Source: Okamejei kenojei (lineage: Eukaryota). Taken from it: a stretch of 61,551 nt of DNA. The stretch is taken from positions 62,001 to 123,551 of the forward strand of contig JAVHYY010000896.1 of the NCBI GenBank assembly GCA_035221665.1, read 5' to 3'. This document shows positions 23,817 to 35,729 of the stretch, in pieces. The position numbers were made by a program, and so were the translations under genes. Position 1 is the first letter of the stretch. The number at the start of each line of letters is the position of its first letter. A model generated the notes under the pieces. That model did no database searches. It was not told where the DNA came from and saw only the letters and a program-made list of their open reading frames with translations.

Positions 23817-24387
23817 CTATGTTTCGATCTTCTCTCCTCCCTCTTCACTTCTCTCCTCTCCTCCTTTCTCCTCTCCCCCTTCACCTCCTCTCACCTCTCC
23901 CCTACACTGCCTCCCTCACCTCTGCTCTCACCCCGCCCCCCCTCCACTCCTACACTTTCCAATCTTCTCTCCCCTACTCTTCTCTCCTCTCTTCCCCTCA
24001 TCTCCCCTTCCTTCTCCACCCCTCTCCTCACCTCCCCCTCCCTTCTCCACCCTCTCCTCCCCTCCCTCCTTTCTCCTCTCAACTCTCCTCCCCTCTCCCC
24101 ATCCTTATTTCTCCTGTCCTTTACTTTCCACTCCTCTCTCCCCTCCCGAGGGGGGGGGGGGGGGGAAGGGTGCGGTTGACAGCAACTTATGTTTTATTTT
24201 ACTCCAGAGGCTTTCGTGGTTCGAATGGCCTACTCCTCCACCTATTTTATATGTTTTTATGTTTCTAAAGTCTTCAGACTGAAGAGTGACATTGGCTGCA
24301 ACATAGCTCCAGGTCCTCCCTTGCAGGCTCGAAGGGCCGAATGGCCTACTTGTGCACCTATTTTCAATGTTTCTAAAGTCTTCAGAC

Positions 24388-24418
24388 CAAAGATCCTATA
24401 GCAGATATAGGATCTTTG
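24388..24418. mobile_element. 31-bp hAT-type micro-MITE, 13-bp TIRs, 8-bp TSD CTTCAGAC
   Basis: cttcagac|caaagatcctata-gcaga-tataggatctttg|cttcagac. Empty sites aaagtcttcagactgaag occur at about 3385, 22640 and 24267. Confidence 0.85.
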
Positions 24419-24574
24419 CTTCAGACTGAAGAGTGACATTGGCTGAAACAGCTAGCTCCCTTTCAGTTGCTCCTCCACAGAGCCAGATGGCAGCAGAATC
24501 CGGTCCTCCCAACCAGCCGCGGTGCGACCCATGAGCTCCAGTGCGCATGCTCACCCGAGGGGAGAGGGAGGGAC

Positions 24575-25030
24575 CAAAGATCCTATAGCGGAGCAAGATA
24601 GGCCACTTCTGCGAAATGCAATGGGCTGACGTCGGAGCGGAACGTGGGCATTTATTTCGTCCATTTCAGTAACCTGAACCCACCCAACCCGACCCGACTT
24701 GCAGTGTAATCAACGTTGCCGGGGGGGGGGGGGGGTGGTGCAGTGTGTGTGTGATATAGGGCTAGATTCATAATTCTGTTAATTCTTGTTAAAGAATAAA
24801 ATGTTTATCAATTTTGATTCTGGCAATTTTCTTTTTCAATGTTTTTTTAAATCATTTCTTTTTTTAAATGGCTCCTATGCTGTGTTTGAGTTGATTTTGT
24901 TGAGTTGACACTTGCTCTCTGCAATTCATTCATCTAATCACACTGTTCACAACTGCAGCAATGGCAGGGGTTATCTAAATGAAGTATTTCACAAAATTAA
25001 ATGCGTTTAAGCAAGAATTACTTGTTTATT
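24575..25030 (+). mobile_element. Longer member of the CAAAGATCCTATAG hAT family (only the left TIR is seen)
   Basis: Starts caaagatcctatagc, the same as the micro-MITE TIR. The right end was not found. Confidence 0.5.
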
Positions 25031-25211
25031 CGTAAGTTCGCCCTTCGGAGATACCAACTGCATTTCGTTGCCTCTGTATTGTACACTGCACAATGACAAT
25101 TAAAGATTGAATTGAATTGAAGAAGTGACCGACTTTGGTGCCTTCCCTCACAGTGGGAAACTTTGATCCTGCTGTGTGGGGATGTTTTATGTTGAATTCT
25201 ATCTATGTTGT

Positions 25212-25749
25212 TGCGAGAAAAGGGGTTAACAGACATAGTTGATTTAAACTAGGAATAGAAAAATATAGCTTAGAAAGAAAGGTGTCAGCAGACACCAAGA
25301 CTGTTAGTAGAATAGAAAGCAACGATATATAGAACGGAGAGAAATTCGAGATAAAAAGTAACAAACTCACCAGATACTAGCTTTTCAATTAAAATAACAA
25401 GAAACTAGGCCAGGTCAATTGCAACAGAGCATGCTTAATGAAATAAATGAATATTTCTTACTCGCCCCAGGTCGAGAAACTGCTCATTACCATGAACATG
25501 CGATGTATGATGTGGGAGGTACTGGGGGACGTACCTATAGACTGCGCACCTCAGTGCTCTGATTGGGAAGCCAGGGGGGAGGTTAAGCGAGCAGAATTGT
25601 GTGTATAAAGGGGCCTTACTTTCTGGACTTTGGTGTGCCTCTAGGGGACAGCAAAGGAGAGGCACCTATTCTGCAGAATATTATCTTAATAAAAGCTTCT
25701 TTGCTGACCTTGTCTCAAACAGCGTTTGTGATTTTTTTCATATCTCACA
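25212..25749 (+). mobile_element. Solo LTR (TG...CA, 5-bp TSD GTTGT)
   Basis: gttgt|tgcgaga...tctcaca|gttgt. Internal ctgattgg (25559), TATAAA (25604) and AATAAA (25688). It splits a LINE tail whose uninterrupted copy is at about 35860-35920. Confidence 0.8.
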
Positions 25750-26429
25750 GTTGTGTTCTTTATGTTTTTACTGTATGGCGATTTCATTTCACTGTGCCCA
25801 ACATAAAATGTATCTGCATCTGTAAGATTTACAAATGATGTATAACTTAAGGATGGTTTTATTCAGCGAGCCTACAAATGATTAGATTGTGCTGGAAAGA
25901 ACACACATACATGAATGTGATATAGATGTATATAATAATAATAATAACAACTTTATTACGGACTCAAGGTCCAGATAAGGGGCAACATTACATTAAAAAT
26001 GCATTGCATATCAAATATCATAAATATATATAAAATCTTGGTAAATCACATAAAAAACATCATAATTTATATATTTAAAAAAAAACCCCACAATATTTAA
26101 GTTAAAAATCCAGAGTAAAAAATGATCAATGTCGTACAACGAGACAACGATACCAGTGTCTCCACAACTGGGATTCGTAGCGTGTAGTGCTAACCCTTAT
26201 GTTTGTCAAGGCCACAATAAGCACATTTTTAGTCATTTATCCTGCAAATGAATTTATACATGTGGTGTCTTAGGATAGCTTCTAAAGTACTGACTCCTGC
26301 AGCCACAAACATATTACTGGCACTACACCATCTTGGTTGCCTTAGCAGTGTTCTCATGGCATCGTTATATGCAACCTTTAGTCTCTGCATATAATAATAA
26401 TAACTTTTTTATATGCACAGTACCTTTTG

Positions 26430-26850
26430 ACTGTGCAACATCGCTCCAGCTCCTCCCTTGCAGTTGCTCCTCCGCGGCGCCAGGTGGCAGCAGAGTCCGG
26501 TCCTCCCAACCGGCCCGTGAGCTGCAGTGCGCATGCTCACCCGAGGAGGAGCGGGAGGGGAGAGAGACGAGCCGTCATGGCGGCGCCGGCAGCCGGCGGG
26601 ATGTTCGCCGAGGGCGTCGCGGCTGCTCTGGAGTCGTGGCCGGCCTTGCAGGTGAAGCGGGGGGGGGCTGCGGGCGCCCGTTCGCGGGTGGGCCGGCGGG
26701 CCGGCGGGCGGAGGAGGGAAAGAGGTGACGAGGAGAAAAAAGGGAAGATCCGCCGCCGAGCGAGAGGCGGACAACATGGCGGGCAGGAGGAGGAGGAGGA
26801 GGCGTTGCCAGGAAGTGACGCAGAGGAGGGGCGGAAGTGACGCGCGGGGT
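26430..26850 (+). promoter_or_regulatory. TSR2 CpG-island promoter/first exon region
   Basis: CpG-rich. CTCF-like GCGCCAGGTGGCAGC (about 26478), NRF1-like TGCGCATGC (about 26528), ETS-CRE composite GGAAGTGACG twice (about 26811, 26833), and YY1-like AACATGGCG (about 26773). Confidence 0.7.
26577..26651 (+). CDS. TSR2: Pre-rRNA-processing protein TSR2, coding exon 1
   Basis: Kozak gccgtcATGG in a CpG island. MAAPAAGGMFAEGVAAALESWPALQ matches the TSR2 N-terminus (human ...GVCAALEAWPALQ). Donor cag|gtgaag. Confidence 0.95.
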
Positions 26851-27652
26851 GCGGGGCAAACTGACCAGGAAGTGGCCTCATCCCCGCTGTCCTGCATCAG
26901 TCTAGAGTGTGTGGGGGGGGGCAAAACTGACCAGGAAGTGGCCTCAACCCCGCTGTCCTGCATCAAGAGTGGGGGGGGGGGAGCGGGGCAAACTGACCAG
27001 GAAGTGGCCTCATCCCCTCTGTCCTGCATCAGTCTAGAGTGTGGTGGTGTGGGGGGGGGGGGGGCAAACTGACCAGGAGGTGGCCTCAACCCCGCTGTCC
27101 TGCATCAGTCTAGAGTGTGGGGGGGGGAGCGGGGCAAACTGACCAGGAAGTGGCCTCATCTCCGCTGTCCTGCATCAGTCAGAGTGGGTGGGGGGGGGGG
27201 GGGAGTGTGGGGCAAACTGACCAGGAAGTGCCCTCAACCCCGCTGTCCTGCATCAGTCAGAGTGGGTGGGGGGGGGGGGGGTGCGGGGCAAACTGACCAG
27301 GAAGTGGCCTCAACCCCGCTGTCCTGCATCAGTCAGAGTGGGTGGGGGGGGGGGTGGCGGGGCAAACTGACCAGGAAGTGGCCTCAACCCCGCTGTCCTG
27401 CATCAGTCTAGAGTGTGGGGGGGGGGCAAAGTGGGGCAAACTGACCAGGAAGTGGCCTCAACCCCGCTGTCCTGCATCAGTCAGAGTGGGTGGGGGGGGG
27501 GGGGGGAGTGTGGGGCAAACTGACCAGGAAGTGCCCTCAACCCCGCTGTCCTGCATCAGTCAGAGTGGGTGGGGGGGGGGGGTGCGGGGCAAACTGACCA
27601 GGAAGTGGCCTCAACCCCGCTGTCCTGCATCAGTCAGAGTGGGGGGGGGGGC
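26851..27652 (+). repeat. Minisatellite in TSR2 intron 1: 11 units of ~65-80 bp with an ETS core and G tracts
   Basis: ggggcaaactgaccaggaagtggcctcaaccccgctgtcctgcatcagtc(t)agagtg(G)n. Confidence 0.92.
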
Positions 27653-28169
27653 AAGAATTAGCTTTCTCTTCCCCCTTCCTAGTTCTCTCATAGAGACATG
27701 GAAACATAGAAAATCTGCACCGTAGCAGATAGGAAGGCACTACAACGGGTGGTGAAAACCGCCCAGTACATCATCGGTGCCCCGCTCCCTGCCACGGATG
27801 CCCTTCACCAAAAACGGTGTCTGAGAAGGGCCGGGAAGATCATCAAAGACCCCTCCCACCCTAACCATGGACTGCTTGCCCTCCTACCATCAGGGAGGCG
27901 GTACAGGAGCCTCAGGTCCCGCACTAGTAGGACGAGGAACGGCTTCTATAACAACACCATCACACTGCTGAACTCGGAGTTCCGCCGATAATTTCTCCAG
28001 TCTCTCCGTCCACATTGTCTGCATTCTGTATCTATTTATATATTGCTATTACTACGAACTGACGCTAAACTGCATTTCGTTGCACCCATACTTGTATCTG
28101 TGCAATGACATTAAAGTTGAATTGAATTGAGGTGCAAGAGTAGGCCATTTTCACACAGGGAGTGTGAGA

Positions 28170-28740
28170 AGAAGGGACTGCAGATGCTGGAAAATCGAGG
28201 GTACACAAAAGGCTGGAGAAACTTATTCATTCATTCATTTTGTTTAAGTCCAACCGCCGCCACCTCCAGTTTAAATTCCATTTGGAATATTTTGGAGGAC
28301 CAAGAACCAAGAGACAAAATGTGATCAAGTGGGCAGTCAGACAGACTGGTGAGAGAGCACACAAAAATGCTGGAGAAACTCAGCGGGTGCAGCAGCATCT
28401 ATGGAGCGAAGGAGATAGGCAACATTTTTGGGCAAAACCATTCTTCAGACTGATGGGAGGTGGTGGTTGGGGGAAGCAGGGAGAAGAAAGGAAAAAGGAG
28501 GAGGAGGAGCCCGAGGGCTGAGGGAGAGGTGGGAAGGGGAGGAGACAGCAAGGTTTAACAGAATTGAGAAAATTCAATGTTCAAGCCCAGAGGATGCAGA
28601 CTACCCAAGCGGAATATGAGGTGCTGTTCCTCCAATTTGCGGTGTTTTCCCATTTCTGTTAACCCTTGCTGTCTCCTCCCCTTCCCACCTCTCCCTCAGA
28701 CCTCAGGCTCCTCCTCCTCCTTTTTCCTTTCTTCTCCCCG

Positions 28741-28786
<46 letters not shown>

Positions 28787-30250
28787 CCTCCCATCAGTCT
28801 GAAGAAGGGTTGCCTATCTCCTTCGCTCCTTAGATGCTGCTGCACCCGCTGAGTTTCTCCAGCCTTTTGTGTACCTTCACACAGAGAGTGGTGAGTCTCT
28901 GGATTTCTCTGCCACAGAAGGGTTAACAGAATTGGGAGAATTCGATGCAAGGGTTAACAGAATTGAGAGATTCAAGGGTTAACAGAATTGAGAGATTCAA
29001 GGGTTAACAGAATTGTGAGATTCAAGGGTTAACAGAATTGAGAGATTCTGTTAACCCTTGTTGTCTCCTCCCCTTCCGACCTCTGCCTCAGCCCTCCTTT
29101 TTCCTTTCTTCCGCCTCCCCCCACCCCCCATCAGTCTGAAGAAGGGTTTCGGCCCGAAACGTTGCCTGACTTCCCATCCTCTAAACCGCAAGAGATGCTA
29201 CACTTGTCGCTTTACCTCCCCCCTCGACACCATTCAAGGTCCCAAGCAGTCGTTCCAGGTGCGGTAGAGGTTCACCTGCATCTCCTCCAACCTCATCTAT
29301 TGCATCCGCTGCTCTAGATGTCATCTGATCTATATCGGTGAGACCAAGCGGAGGCTTGCCGATCGTTTCGGCCAACATCTCCGCAATAACCAACCCGACC
29401 TTCCGGTGGCTCAGCACTTCAACTCCCCCTCCCATTCTGTGTCCGACCTCTCTGTCCTGGGCCTCCTCCACAGTCAGAGTGAGCAACACCGCAAATTGGA
29501 GGAACAGCGTCTCTAAACCGCAAGAGATGCTACACTTATCGCTTTACCTCCCCCTTCCACTCCATTCAAGGACCCAAGCAGTCGTTCCAGGTCCGACAGA
29601 GGTTCACCTGCACCTCCTCCAACCACATCTATTGCATCCGCTGCTCTAGAGATGTCAACTGATCTATATCGGTGAGACCAAGCGGAGGCTTGGCGATCGT
29701 TTCGCCGAACACCTCCGCTCGGTCCACAATAACCAACCCGACCCCCGGTGGCTCAGCACTTCAACTCCCCCTCCCATTCCGTATCCGACCTCTCTGTCCT
29801 GGGCCTCCTCCACGATCAGAGTGAGCAACACCGCAAGTTGGAGGAACAGCACCTCATATTCCGCTTGGGGAGTCTGCATCCTCGTGGCATGAACATCGAA
29901 TTCTCTCAATTCTGTTAACCCTTGCTGTCTCCTCCATTTCCTACCTCTCCCTCAGCCCTCGGGCTCCTCCTCCTCCTTTTTCCTTCCCCCCCCCCCCCCG
30001 CCTCCTCCCACCACCCATCAGTCTAAAGAAGGGTTTTGGCCCGAAACGTTGCCTATCTCCTTCGCTCCATAGATGCTGCTGCACCCGCTGAGTTTCTCCA
30101 GCATTTTTGTGTACTCTCTCACCAGTCTGTCTGACTGCCCACTTGATCACATTTTGTCTCTTGGTTCTTGGTCCTCCAAAATATTCCAAATGGAATTTAA
30201 ACTGGAGGTGGCAGTGGTTGGACAAACAAAATGAATGAATGAATAAGTTT
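28170..30250. mobile_element. Tangle of Penelope fragments in inverted orientations with a 25-bp tandem (caagggttaacagaattgagagatt)n at 28918-29057
   Basis: GIY-YIG translations at 29180-29900, and inverted terminal segments. Confidence 0.85.
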
Positions 30251-30799
30251 ATTGGCCAAGTATTCACATACAAGGAATTTGCCTTGGTGCTCCGCCCGCA
30301 CGTGACATACAGTGACAGTTAGGAATGACACATAAAACATTAAACATTAATAATAAAACATATAATGTGAATGACATGTGAATGAAACAAAATACCGGAG
30401 CAAAAGGAGGCTACAGATTTTTGGTTATCGAGTAGAGCTACTACTCGTGGATTAAAAGCTGTGTTTATGTCTGGCTGTGGCAGCTTTGACAGTACAGAGT
30501 CGCCTTCCAGGCGGAAGTGATTCAAAGAGTTTGTGGCCAGGGTGAGAGGGGTCAGAGATGATCTTGCCCACTTGCTTCCTGGCCTTTGCAGTGTACAGTT
30601 CATCAATTGTGTGGGGGGGGGGGGGGGGAGGTTGCAGCCAACAACCTTCTCAGCTGATCGGACGATTCGGATGCCGTGCTACGTCATGCTGTTTACTTGT
30701 GTTGTTACTTGCGAGCGGAGCACCCAGGCAAATTCCTTGTATGTGTACATATTTGGCCAGTAAAATCTATTCAATTATTCAATTGTTCTCGACCCGCAG

Positions 30800-30890
30800 A
30801 TCGCACTGGAGAACGGGTTTGGGGGCGTCTACGGGCAGCAGAAGGCGGACTGGATGGTGACGGCGGTGGAGCGGTACTTTCTCGACAACG
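30800..30890 (+). CDS. TSR2: TSR2 exon 2
   Basis: cgcag| [30 protein letters not shown] |gtgaga. 91 bp, phase 0-1. Carries the conserved WGG-domain segment ENGFGG. Confidence 0.96.
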
Positions 30891-31371
30891 GTGAGAAATG
30901 TCTGAGAAACAGCGGGAGTAGGCCCTTCGGCCCACAATACCCATGCCAAACCTAATGTCAAGCCGACCTCGTGGATATACATTCAAGCTGAAGAAGGGGG
31001 TACTGTCCGATTCACCTCAACCCCAATGCGGATGTTGGTCTTTGTCTCTACGGCGCTGAGAATTATATTCTGGAGGGAGGGGGGGGGGCGTTACAGAGAC
31101 GGGGGGGGGGGGGGGGGGGGGGGGGGGGAGACGGGGGGGGGGAGACTTAACACCATGGTGGGAGAAGGCACAGAAACCTGAGATTACCGTGGAACGCTCG
31201 GACACCTGCTACTGCCCTCTCAAGGAATACACGGAAGTACGGGCAATATTTATACAGCTTAAAGCAGCTCAAGGTACATCAGGGCTCGAAATTAGCGGTT
31301 GCCCGGATGCCAATGGCAACCTAAAGTGCCGTCGGGCAACCTAACAGCCGTCCCATTTTGCCCGGCTTGGC

Positions 31372-31668
31372 NNNNNNNNNNNNNNNNNNNNNNNNNNNNN
31401 NNNNNNNNNNNNNNNNNNNNNNNNNNNNNNNNNNNNNNNNNNNNNNNNNNNNNNNNNNNNNNNNNNNNNNNNNNNNNNNNNNNNNNNNNNNNNNNNNNNN
31501 NNNNNNNNNNNNNNNNNNNNNNNNNNNNNNNNNNNNNNNNNNNNNNNNNNNNNNNNNNNNNNNNNNNNNNNNNNNNNNNNNNNNNNNNNNNNNNNNNNNN
31601 NNNNNNNNNNNNNNNNNNNNNNNNNNNNNNNNNNNNNNNNNNNNNNNNNNNNNNNNNNNNNNNNNNNN
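31372..31668. other. Assembly gap (N)
   Basis: Run of N in TSR2 intron 2. Confidence 0.99.
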
Positions 31669-31887
31669 CGGGCCGCCGGATCTCCGCTCTCCGCTCGCTC
31701 CTCATCCGCCACGGTAACTGGTCGGCGCCTCCCTGGAGTTACTCTTGCTTCGGGTTTCCTGGTCCTCCAAAAATATTCCAAATGGAATTTAACCCTCCAC
31801 CACCAAACTCAAAACTGTGAAAAATAATAGCCTATTGCACTTTATCTGTTTGTTTATTGTGTGTCTATGGTGTATATATGGTCTGGT

Positions 31888-31934
<47 letters not shown>

Positions 31935-32337
31935 TATTTTGACACACTTAACTTTTATCCCCTGTTCTGTATTACGTTTACATATTCTGTTGAGCTGCAG
32001 CAAGCAAGAATTTCATTGTCCTATCTGGGACACATGACAATAAAACTCTCTTGACTCTTGACTTGGAAGTAAGCAAAAAAAAGGGTTCTTGGGGGGAAAA
32101 ATGAATTACCTTAAATTTAGTTGCGTCTGGTTGGGTAACTATGGTAGGGTGAAGACTATTTAATTGTGCGGGAGAAGTCCTTGGAGTGTGGAAACAGGCC
32201 TTTCGGCCCACTGAGTACATGCCGACCACTGATCACCTGTACACTAGTTCTATCCCACACCTTAGCGACGCAGGTCAAGAGTGTTTTATTCTCTCACGTC
32301 CCAGTTAGAACAATGAAATCCTCGCGGCAGCACAACA

Positions 32338-33010
32338 GCAGGCAGTGAAGAAAGCTAATGGCATGTTGGCCTTCATAACAAGAGGATTTCAGTACAGGAG
32401 TAAAGAGGTTCTTCTGCAGTTGTACAGGGCTCTGGTGAGACCACATCTGGAGTATTGTGCGCAGTTTTGGTCTCCTAATTTGAGGAAGGACGGCCTTGTG
32501 ATTGAGGCAGTGCAGCGTAGGTTCACCAGATTGATCCCTGGGATGGCGGGACTGTCATATGAGGAAAGATTGAAAAGACTAGGCTTGTATTCACTGGAGT
32601 TTAGAAGGATGAGGGGGGATCTTATAGAAACATATAAAATTATAAAAGGACTGGACAAGCTAGATGCGGGAAAAATGTTCCCAATGTTGGGTGAGTCCAG
32701 AACCAGGGGCCACAGACTTAGAATAAAGGGGAGGTCATTTAAGACTGAGGTGAGAAAAAACTTTTTTACCCAGAGAGTTGTGAATTTATGGAATTCCCTG
32801 CCACAGAGGGCAGTGGAGGCCATGTCACTGGATGGATTTAAGAGAGAGTTGGATAGAGCTCTAGGGGCGAGTGGAGTAGAGGGATACGGGGAGAAGGCAG
32901 GCACGGGTTATTGATAGGGGACGATCAGCCTTGATCACAATGAATGGCGGTGCTGGCTCGAAGGGCCGAATGGCCTCCTCCTGCACTTATTTTCTATGTT
33001 TCTATGTTTC
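32338..33010 (+). mobile_element. Young CR1/HER1 3' fragment with an uninterrupted 189-aa ORF2 C-terminus
   Basis: ORF 32345-32914 [13 protein letters not shown]...GYGEKAGTGY*, followed by a (tttctatg)n tail. Confidence 0.93.
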
Positions 33011-33611
33011 TCGAATATGTAAACATAGTACTCTGTGAACAATGTTATAAACGAGAAAGCAAAACAGTGTATATTTATATATGAATATAAGTATATAAAT
33101 ATATATATAGAATTTACCTCCTGGGATTAATAAAGTTCTATCGTATAGTATAGTGTGTGCTGGAAGGAACTGCAGATGCTGGTTTAAACTGAAGATAGAC
33201 ACAAAACGCTGGAGTAACTCAACAGGTCAGACAGAATCTCTGGACCAAAGGAAAATATTACATTATGGGCAGTGACTCCAACTCTCCCGCTTTCGGCGGG
33301 AGATCGCCCGCTGAAAGGGCATTTTCGCAAAATCTCCCGCTCTCCCGCTTGAGATATAATTTCTCCCGCCCGGTTTAAATGACCGCCTAAACTGTAATTT
33401 GGCAACCTAAAAAGCTGCCAAGGTTGCCCGGCTGGCAACAGCGAAAAAAAGTTAAGCGAGAGCCCTGTACATCCACTAATTTTCCGCTGTTCACATGAAC
33501 GAAGCCTGTCTTTAACAAAGACGTGATGAGATTCCTTTGAATCTTCTCAATTCTGTTAACCCTTGCTGTCTCCTCCCCTTCCCACCTCTCCCTCAGCCCT
33601 CGGGGCCCTGG

Positions 33612-33670
<59 letters not shown>

Positions 33671-34256
33671 CCTCCCCCACCCTAGTCGCACTAGCTTCTC
33701 ATTTTCACACCACAAACAGCTTACAATGGCTTGTTCCCTTTATCATCGATACTTTTTTGCACATCTTTCATTCATTGTTCTTTATCTCTCCGCATCACCG
33801 TCTATATCTCTCGTTTCCCTGATCCCTGACCAGTCTGAAGAAGGGTCTCGACCCGAAACGTCGCCTATCTCCTTCGCTCCTTAGATGCTGCTGCACCCGC
33901 TGAGTTTCTCCAGCCTTTTGTGTACACCCCATAAGATTCCTTTAATTGTGTTATGGGAGTTAAAGCAGGACATGCACATTGTGTTGGGGAGTAAAACAGC
34001 TGCTATGATGAGAAGGTACCATTGTCTCACACGGAGGCACCACAGGATATGAGCTCCGAACACTGGTATGTCTATTCTTTGATAAAAAACTGAAAAACAA
34101 GTTCTTATCTGTGTTTCTCTAGTATCATAAAGGTCGATCTGCAAAGCCTGTTTTTAATAGCGCATTCTGCATTAAGATGTCTGCTATGGGCAAAATAAGA
34201 TGTCTCCGACAGCAGGGGGGAAGTGTAGGAGCCAGAGGGGGCAACAGAGACAATAG

Positions 34257-35320
34257 TCAATAGGTGCAGGAGTAGCACATTCGGCCCTTCGAGCCAGCAC
34301 CGCCATTCAATGTGATCACGGCTGATCATCCCCAATCAGTAGCCCGCTCCTGCCTTCTCCCCATATCCCCTGACTCCGCTATCTTTAAGAGCCCTATCTA
34401 GCTCTCTCTTGAAAGCATCCAGAGAACCGGCCTCCAACGCCCTCTGAGGCAGAGAATTCCACAGACTCACCACTCTCTGTGAGAAAACGTGTTTCCTCGT
34501 CTCCGTTCTAAATGGCTTACCCCTTATTCTTAAACTGTGTGTGGCCCCTGGTTCTGGACTCCCCTAACATCGGGAACATGTTTCCTGCCTCTAGCGTGTC
34601 CAAACCCTTAACAATCTTATATGTTTCAATAAGATCACCTCTCATCCTTCTAAACTCCAGAGTATACAAGCCCAGCCGCTCCATTCTCTCAGCATATGAC
34701 AGTCCCGCCATCACGGGAATTAACCTGGTGAACCTACACTGCACTCCCTCAATAGCAAGAATGCCCTTCCTCAAATTAGGGGACACAATACTCCAGATGT
34801 GGTCTCACTAGGGCTCTGTACAACTGCAGAAGGACCTCTTTGCTCCTATACTCAACTCCTCTTATTATGAAGGCCAACAGGCCAAAACTGCACACAATAC
34901 TCCAGGTGTGGTCTCACCAGGGCCCTGTACAACTGCAGAAGGACCTCTTTGCTCTTATACCCAACTCCTCTTGTTATAAAGGCCAACAGGCCAAAACTGC
35001 ACACAATACTCCAGGTATGGTCTCACCCGGGCCCTGTACAACTGCAGAAGGACCTCTTTGCTCCTATACTCAACTCCTCTTGTTATGAAGGCCAACAGGC
35101 CAAAACTGCACACAATACTCCAGGTGTGGTCTCACCAGGGCCCTGTACAACTGCAGAAGAACCTCTTTGCTCCTACACTCAACTCCTCTTGTTATAAAGG
35201 CCAACATGCCATTCGCTTTCTTCACTACCTCCTGTACCTGCGTGCTTACTTACATAGACTGATGAACAAGGACCCCCAGATCCCGTTGTACTTCCACTTT
35301 TCCCAACTTGACGCCATTTA
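34257..35320 (-). mobile_element. CR1 fragment containing a 109-bp internal tandem amplification (about 34780-35205)
   Basis: Repeating ORFs start at 34840, 34949 and 35058, a period of 109 bp. Confidence 0.88.
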
Positions 35321-35425
35321 GACTGGGAGGGGTGTGGTAATGGCGCACTCCCTCCCGCCGAGCCAGTCCCCGCCCGACCACGCTCCTGCCGCGCTCACCC
35401 TCTGACTGTCCTCTCCTCCCCGCAG

Positions 35426-35517
35426 CTGACCTGGACAGAGAGGAGGTGGAGGAGCTGCTGGCCGAGCTGTTGGACAACGAGTTTGACACGGTGGTCGAGG
35501 ATGGCAGCGTGTCGGAG
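35426..35517 (+). CDS. TSR2: TSR2 exon 3
   Basis: ccccgcag| (A)DLDREEVEELLAELLDNEFDTVVEDGSVSE |gtacga. 92 bp, phase 1-0. NEFDTVVEDGS is a TSR2 signature. Confidence 0.96.
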
Positions 35518-35729
35518 GTACGAGGGGGTCTCCTGTCACCGCCGGCGGTGCATGGATGGAGGGGGTCATTGAGACGGGGGGGGAGGTAGGTGCCCGAGGG
35601 AGGTGGGCTGCAGACGGGGAGGGGTGTGCGGGGGCCAGTGGGAGAGGAGGGGGGTTGTTGAGATGGATCGGGGCCAGAGAGGAGGGCGTTACAGAGACTG
35701 GGAGAGGTATAGGGGCCGATGGAGCCTTA

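Noticed and set aside
26851-27652. CRISPR-like array
   Set aside because: Eukaryotic context, spacers are just variable G runs, and there are no cas genes. It is a minisatellite.
32345-32914. 189-aa ORF as a host gene
   Set aside because: It is the C-terminus of CR1 ORF2 (5'-truncated LINE), present in many copies in the window.
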